Shown: piece after piece, positions 55,101-64,000 of the stretch
How the letters are laid out: each line of letters starts with the position of its first letter
Position numbering within the stretch: the stretch's first letter is position 1
Assembly: GCA_032718475.1 (NCBI GenBank)
Contig: JAUCBJ010003506.1
Coordinates: forward strand, 1 to 64,000
DNA from: Nemertoderma westbladi
Taxonomy: Eukaryota > Animalia > Xenacoelomorpha
Direction of reading: 5' to 3'
Length of the DNA: 64,000 nt
Notes under the pieces: generated by a model
The model's database searches: none
Seen by the model: only the letters and a program-made list of their open reading frames with translations
What the model was told of the DNA's origin: nothing
Translations under genes and position numbers: made by a program

Positions 55101-58100
55101 ACTACCATTATTATTGTCTCACACTACCATTATAATTGTATCACTCTACAATATTTATTGTTGTCTCGCACTAACATTACTATTGTCTCACACTACCATG
55201 ATTATTGTCTCACACTACCATTATAATTGTATCACACAACCATTATAATTGTATCACACAACCATTATAATTGTATCACACTACAGTAATTATTGTTGTC
55301 TCACACTACCATTATAATTGTATCACACTACAGTATTTATTGTTGTCTCGCACTAACATTACTATTGTCTCACACTACCATGATTATTGTCTCACATTAC
55401 CATTATAATTGTATCACACAACCATTATAATTGTATCACACTACAGTAATTATTGTTGTCTCACACTACCATTATAATTGTATCACACAACCATTATAAT
55501 TGTCTCACACTACCATTATTATTGTCTCACACTACCATTATAATTGTATCACACTACCATTATTATTGTCTCACACTACCATTATAATTGTATCACTCTA
55601 CAGTATTTATTGTTGTCTCGCACTAACATTACTATTGTCTCACACTACCATGATTATTGTCTCACACTACCATTATAATTGTATCACACAACCATTATAA
55701 TTGTATCACACAACCATTATAATTGTATCACAGTACAGTAATTATTGTTGTCTCACACTACCATTATAATTGTATCACACTACAGTATTTATTGTTGTCT
55801 CGCACTAACATTACTATTGTCTCACACTACCATGATTATTGTCTCACACTACCATTATAATTGTATCACACAACCATTATAATTGTAACACACAACCATT
55901 ATAATTGTATCACACTACAGTTATTATTGTCTCACACTACCATTATTATTGTCTCACACTACCATTATTATTGCTCACACTACAATTATTATTGTCTCAC
56001 ACTACCATTATAATTGTATCACACTACAGTTATTATTGTTACCATTATTATTGTCTCACACTACCATTATTATTGCTCACACTACAATTATTATTGTCTC
56101 ACACTACCATTATAATTGTATCACACTACAGTTATTATTGTTGTCTCGCAAAACCATCATTATTGCCCACAGTACAATTATTATTGTCTCACACTACCAA
56201 AATAATTGTGTCACACTACAGTAATTATTGTTGTCTCGCACTGCCATTATTATTATCTCACACTACCATTATTATTGTCTCACACTACCATTATTATTGC
56301 TCACACTACAATTGTTATTGTCTCACATTACCATTATTATTGTATCACACTACAGTTATTATTGTTGTCTCGCAAAACCATCATTATTGCCCACAGTACA
56401 ATTATTATTGTCTCACACTACCAAAATAATTTTGTCACACTACAGTAATTATTGTTGTCTCGCACTGCCATTATTATTATCTCACACTACCATTATTATT
56501 GTCCCACACTACCATTATTATTGCTCACACTACAATTATTATTGTCTCACACTACCATTATAATTGTATCACACTACCATTATTATTATCTCACACTACC
56601 ATTATTATTGTCTCACACTACCATTATAATTGTCTCGCACTACCATTATTATTGTCTCACACTACCATTATTTATTGTCTCACACTACCATTATTATTGT
56701 CTCACACTACCATTATAATTGTCTCGCACTACCATTATTATTGTCTCACACTACCATTATTTATTGTCTCACACTACCATTATTATTATCTCACACTACC
56801 ATTATTATTGTCTCACACTACAATTATTATTGTATCACACTACCATTATTATTATCTCACACTACCATTATTATTGTCTCGCACTACCATTATTATTGCT
56901 CACAGTACAATTATTATTGTCTCACACTACCATTATTTATTGTCTCACACTACCATTATTATTATCTCACACTACCATTATTATTGTCCCACACAACCAT
57001 TATTATTGCTCACACTACAATTATTATTGTATCACACTACCATTATTATTGTCTCACACTATTATTATATTTGTATCACACTACAGTAATTATTGTTGTC
57101 TGGCACTGCCATTAGTATTGTCTCACACTACCATTATTATCGTCTCACACTACCATTATTATCGTCTCACACTACCATTATAATTGTATCACTCTACCAT
57201 TATTATTGTCTCACACTATCATTATAATTGTATCACACTACAGTAATTATTGTTGTATCACACAACCATTATAATTGTATCACACTACAGTAATTATTGT
57301 TGTCTCACACTACCATTATAATTGTATCACACTACAGTATTTATTGTTGTCTCGCACTAACATTACTATTGTCTCACACTACCATGATTATTGTCTCACA
57401 CTACCATTATAATTGTATCACACAACCATTATAATTGTATCACACAACCATTATAATTGTATCACACTACAGTAATTATTGTTGTCTCACACTACCATTA
57501 TAATTGTATCACACAACCATTATAATTGTCTCACACTACCATTATTATTGTCTCGCACTAACATTACTATTGTCTCACACTACCATGATTATTGTCTCAC
57601 ACTACCATTATAATTGTATCACACAACCATTATAATTGTATCACACAACCATTATAATTGTATCACACTACAGTAATTATTGTTGTCTCACAATACCATT
57701 ATAATTGTATCACACTACTGTATTTATTGTTGTCTCGCACTAACATTACTATTGTCTCACACTACCATTATAATTGTATCACACAACCATTATAATTGTA
57801 TCACACAACCATTATAATTGTCTCACACTACCATTATTATTGTCTCACACTACCATTATAATTGTATCACACTACCATTATTATTGTCTCACACTACCAT
57901 TATAATTGTATCACACTACAGTATTTATTGTTGTCTCGCACTAACATTACTATTGTCTCACACTACCGTGATTATTGTCTCACACTACCATTATAATTGT
58001 ATCACACAACCTTTATAATTGTATCACACAACCATTATAATTGTATCACACTACAGTAATTATTGTTGTCTCACACTACCATTATAATTGTATCACACTA

Positions 58101-61100
58101 CAGTATTTATTGTTGTCTCACACTAACATTACTATTGTCTCACACTACCATGATTATTGTCTCACACTACCATTATAATTGTATCACACAACCATTATAA
58201 TTGTATCACACAACCATTATAATTGTATCACACTACAGTATTTATTGTTGTCTCGCACTAACATTACTATTGTCTCACACTACCATGATTATTGTTTCAC
58301 ACTACCATTATAATTGTATCACACAACCATTATAATTGTATCACACAACCATTATAATTGTATCACACTACAGTAATTATTGTTGTCTCACACTACCATT
58401 ATAATTGTATCACACTACAGTATTTATTGTTGTCTCGCACTAACATTACTATTGTCTCACACTACCATTATAATTGTATCACACAACCATTATAATTGTA
58501 TCACACAACCATTATAATTGTATCACACTACCATTATTATTGTCTCACACTACAATTATTATTGTCCCACACTACCATTTGTATTGTCTCACACTATCAT
58601 TATAATTGTATCACACTACAGTAATTATTGTTGTCTCGCACTACCATAAGTATTGTCTCACACTACCATGATTATTGTCTCACACTACCATTATAATGGT
58701 ATCACATTACAGTAATTATTGTTGTCTCACACTACCATTATTTATTGTCTCACACTACCATTATTATTATCTCACACTGCCATTATTATTGCTCACACTA
58801 CAATTATTATTGTCTCACATTACCATTATTATTGTCTCACACTACAATTATTATTGTCTCACACTACCATTATAATTGTATCACACTACAGTAATTATTG
58901 TTGTCTCACACTACCATTATTTATTGTCTCACACTACCATTATTATTATCTCACACTACCATTATTATTGCTCACACTACAATTATTATTGTCTCACATT
59001 ACCATTATTATTGTCTCACACTACAATTATTACTGTCTCACACTACCATTATAATTGTATCACACTGCTGTAATTATTGTTGTCTCGCACTGCCATTATT
59101 ATTATCTCACACTACCATTATTATTGTCTCACACTACAATTATTATTGTCTCACATTACCATTATAATTGTATCACACTACAGTAATTATTATTGTCTCA
59201 CACTACCATTATTATTATCTCACACTACCATTATTATTGTCTCACACTACCATTATTATTGTCTCACACGACCATTATTATTGCTCACACTACAATTATT
59301 ATTGTCTCACCCTACCATTATTATTGTCTCACACTACCATTATTATTGCTCACACTACAATTATTATTGTCTCACACTACCATTATAATTGTATCACACT
59401 ACAGTTATTATTGTTGTCTCGCAAAACCATCATTATTGCCCACAGTACAATTATTATTGTCTCACACTACCAAAATAATTGTGTCACACTACAGTAATTA
59501 TTGTTGTCTCGCACTGCCATTATTATTATCTCACACTACCATTATTATTGTCTCACACTACCATTATTATTGCTCACACTGCAATTGTTATTGTCTCACA
59601 TTACCATTATTATTGTATCACACTACAGTTATTATTGTTGTCTCGCAAAACCATCATTATTGCCCACAGTACAATTATTATTGTCTCACACTACCAAAAT
59701 AATTGTGTCACACTACAGTAATTATTGTTGTCTCGCACTGCCATTATTATTATCTCATACTACCATTATTATTGTCTCACACTACCATTATTATTGTCTC
59801 ACACTACAATTATTATTGTCTCACACTACCATTATAATTGTATCACACTACCATTATTATTATCTCACACTACCATTATTATTGTCTCACACTACCATTA
59901 TAATTGTCTCGCACTACCATTATTGTTGTCTCACACTACCATTATGTATTGTCTCACACTACCATTATTATTGTCTCACACTACCATTATAATTGTCTTA
60001 CACTACCATTATTATTGTCTCACATTACCATTATTATTGTCTCACACTACCATTATAATTGTATAACACAACCATTATAATTGTATCACACAACCATTAT
60101 AATTGTATCACACTACAGTTATTATTGTCTCACACTACCATTATTATTGTCTCACACTACCCTTATAATTGTATCACACTACAGTATTTATTGTTGTCTC
60201 GCACTAACATTACTATTGTCTCACACTACCATGATTATTGTCTCACACTACCATTATAATTGTATCACACAACCATTATAATTGTATCACATTACCATTA
60301 TTATTGTCTCACACTACCATTATTATTGTCTCACACTACCATTATAATTGTATCACACTACCATTATTATTGTCTCACACTACCATTATAATTGTATCAC
60401 ACTACAGTATTTATTGTTGTCTCGCACTAACATTACTATTGTCTCACACTACCATGATTATTGTCTCACACTACCATTATAATTGTATCACACAACCTTT
60501 ATAATTGTATTACACAACCATTATAATTGTATCACACTACAGTAATTATTGTTGTCTCACACTACCATTATAATTGTATCACACTACAGTATTTATTGTT
60601 GTCTCGCACTAACATTACTATTGTCTCACACTACCATGATTATTGTCTCACACTACCATTATAATTGTATCACACAACCATTATAATTGTATCACACAAC
60701 CATTATAATTGTATCACACTACATTTATTATTGTCTCAAACTACCATTATTATTGTCTCACACTACCATTATAATTGTATCACACTACAGTATTTATTGC
60801 TGTCTCGCACTAACATTACTATTGTCTCACACTACCATGATTATTGTCTCACACTACCATTATAATTGTATCACACAACCATTATAATTGTATCACACAA
60901 CCATTATAATTGTATCACACTACAGTAATTATTGTTGTCTCACACTACCATTATAATTGTATCACACTACAGTATTTATTGTTGTCTCGCACTAACATTA
61001 CTATTGTTTCACACTACCATTATAATTGTATCACACAACCATTATAATTGTATCACACAACCATTATAATTGTATCACACTACCATTATTATTGTCTCAC

Positions 61101-64000
61101 ACTACAATTATTATTGTCCCACACTACCATTTGTATTGTCTCACACTATCATTATAATTGTATCACACTACAGTATTTATTGTTGTCTCGCACTAACATT
61201 ACTATTGTCTCACACTACCATGATTATTGTCTCACACTACCATTATAATTGTATCACACAACCATTATAATTGTATCACACAACCATTATAATTGTATCA
61301 CACTACAGTAATTATTGTTGTCTCACAATACCATTATAATTGTATCACACTACAGTATTTATTGTTGTCTCGCACTAACATTACTATTGTCTCACACTAC
61401 CATTATAATTGTATCACACAACCATTATAATTGTATCACACAACCATTATAATTGTCTCACACTACCATTATTATTGTCTCACACTACCATTATAATTGT
61501 ATCACACTACCATTATTATTGTCTCACACTACCATTATAATTGTATCACTCTACAGTATTTATTGTTGTCTCGCACTAACATTACTATTGTCTCACACTA
61601 CCATGATTATTGTCTCACACTACCATTATAATTGTATCACACAACCATTATAATTGTATCACACAACCATTATAATTGTATCACACTACAGTAATTATTG
61701 TTGTCTCACACTACCATTATAATTGTATCACACTACAGTATTTATTGTTGTCTCGCACTAACATTACTATTGTCTCACACTACCATGATTATTGTCTCAC
61801 ACTACCATTATAATTGTATCACACAACCATTATAATTGTATCACACAACCATTATAATTGTATCACACTACAGTAATTATTGTTGTCTCACACTACCATT
61901 ATAATTGTATCACACAACCATTATAATTGTCTCACACTACCATTATTATTGTCTCACACTACCATTATAATTGTATCACACTACCATTATTATTGTCTCA
62001 CACTACCATTATAATTGTATCACTCTACAGTATTTATTGTTGTCTCGCACTAACATTACTATTGTCTCACACTACCATGATTATTGTCTCACACTACCAT
62101 TATAATTGTATCACACAACCATTATAATTGTATCACACAACCATTATAATTGTATCACAGTACAGTAATTATTGTTGTCTCACACTACCATTATAATTGT
62201 ATCACACTACAGTATTTATTGTTGTCTCGCACTAACATTACTATTGTCTCACACTACCATGATTATTGTCTCACACTACCATTATAATTGTATCACACAA
62301 CCATTATAATTGTATCACACAACCATTATAATTGTATCACACTACAGTTATTATTGTCTCACACTACCATTATTATTGTCTCACACTACCATTATTATTG
62401 CTCACACTACAATTATTATTGTCTCACACTACCATTATAATTGTATCACACTACAGTTATTATTGTTACCATTATTATTGTCTCACACTACCATTATTAT
62501 TGCTCACACTACAATTATTATTGTCTCACACTACCATTATAATTGTATCACACTACAGTTATTATTGTTGTCTCGCAAAACCATCATTATTGCCCACAGT
62601 ACAATTATTATTGTCTCACACTACCAAAATAATTGTGTCACACTACAGTAATTATTGTTGTCTCGCACTGCCATTATTATTATCTCACACTACCATTATT
62701 ATTGTCTCACACTACCATTATTATTGCTCACACTACAATTGTTATTGTCTCACATTACCATTATTATTGTATCACACTACAGTTATTATTGTTGTCTCGC
62801 AAAACCATCATTATTGCCCACAGTACAATTATTATTGTCTCACACTACCAAAATAATTTTGTCACACTACAGTAATTATTGTTGTCTCGCACTGCCATTA
62901 TTATTATCTCACACTACCATTATTATTGTCCCACACTACCATTATTATTGCTCACACTACAATTATTATTGTCTCACACTACCATTATAATTGTATCACA
63001 CTACCATTATTATTATCTCACACTACCATTATTATTGTCTCACACTACCATTATAATTGTCTCGCACTACCATTATTATTGTCTCACACTACCATTATTT
63101 ATTGTCTCACACTACCATTATTATTGTCTCACACTACCATTATAATTGTCTCGCACTACCATTATTATTGTCTCACACTACCATTATTTATTGTCTCACA
63201 CTACCATTATTATTATCTCACACTACCATTATTATTGTCTCACACTACAATTATTATTGTATCACACTACCATTATTATTATCTCACACTACCATTATTA
63301 TTGTCTCGCACTACCATTATTATTGCTCACAGTACAATTATTATTGTCTCACACTACCATTATTTATTGTCTCACACTACCATTATTATTATCTCACACT
63401 ACCATTATTATTGTCCCACACAACCATTATTATTGCTCACACTACAATTATTATTGTATCACACTACCATTATTATTGTCTCACACTATTATTATATTTG
63501 TATCACACTACAGTAATTATTGTTGTCTGGCACTGCCATTAGTATTGTCTCACACTACCATTATTATCGTCTCACACTACCATTATTATCGTCTCACACT
63601 ACCATTATAATTGTATCACTCTACCATTATTATTGTCTCACACTATCATTATAATTGTATCACACTACAGTAATTATTGTTGTATCACACAACCATTATA
63701 ATTGTATCACACTACAGTAATTATTGTTGTCTCACACTACCATTATAATTGTATCACACTACAGTATTTATTGTTGTCTCGCACTAACATTACTATTGTC
63801 TCACACTACCATGATTATTGTCTCACACTACCATTATAATTGTATCACACAACCATTATAATTGTATCACACAACCATTATAATTGTATCACACTACAGT
63901 AATTATTGTTGTCTCACACTACCATTATAATTGTATCACACAACCATTATAATTGTCTCACACTACCATTATTATTGTCTCACACTACCATTATAATTGT
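25157..64000. repeat. 22-bp satellite array (consensus TTATTATTGTCTCACACTACCA / TTATAATTGTATCACACAACCA, with 20-, 23- and 25-bp variants) with higher-order repeats; continues past the window end
   Basis: No non-satellite interruption noticed over ~38.8 kb; identical variant blocks recur at offsets such as 1996, 3674, 6014, 10101, 11545 and 13956 bp (ORF-track coordinates). Confidence 0.99.

Noticed and set aside
25159-63610. Many ORFs of SHTTIIIVSHYHY type
   Set aside because: They are translations of the 22-bp satellite; the monomer is not a multiple of 3 and all frames give the same low-complexity text.
25157-64000. CRISPR array or telomeric repeat
   Set aside because: No unique spacers, eukaryotic context, no cas genes; the heterogeneous 22-mers with higher-order blocks are not TTAGGG/TTAGG-type telomerase products.
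25157-64000. Recursive splice sites in the satellite
   Set aside because: The variant reads CAGTA (shared G), not AG|GT, and the CACTAAC motif follows rather than closely precedes the AG.

Overview
AT-rich animal (invertebrate-like) genomic DNA with spliceosomal introns. Bases 1-25 kb hold an RTE-like LINE reverse-transcriptase fragment, an intronless secreted/GPI-anchored Cys-rich gene (-), a complete 3-exon prefoldin-6 gene (-), and, head-to-head with it, the first two coding exons of a CCDC33-like gene (+; 11442-11764 and 24327-24481). The 12.5-kb first CCDC33 intron contains a complete intronless GNL3/nucleostemin-family GTPase gene on the SAME strand, several oppositely oriented LINE fragments, a small TSD-flanked insertion carrying a minimal hammerhead ribozyme (Penelope-like), a Helitron-like insertion and a 13/14-bp minisatellite just ahead of the acceptor. 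About 0.7 kb into the second CCDC33 intron a 22-bp satellite with multi-level higher-order structure starts abruptly and runs at least 38.8 kb to the window end. If the gene continues, this is a satellite-filled giant intron. TACAGTA/TACTGTA-type motifs, resembling Tc1/mariner excision footprints, are frequent in the non-satellite part. All homology calls are by eye or from memory; no database searches were run.
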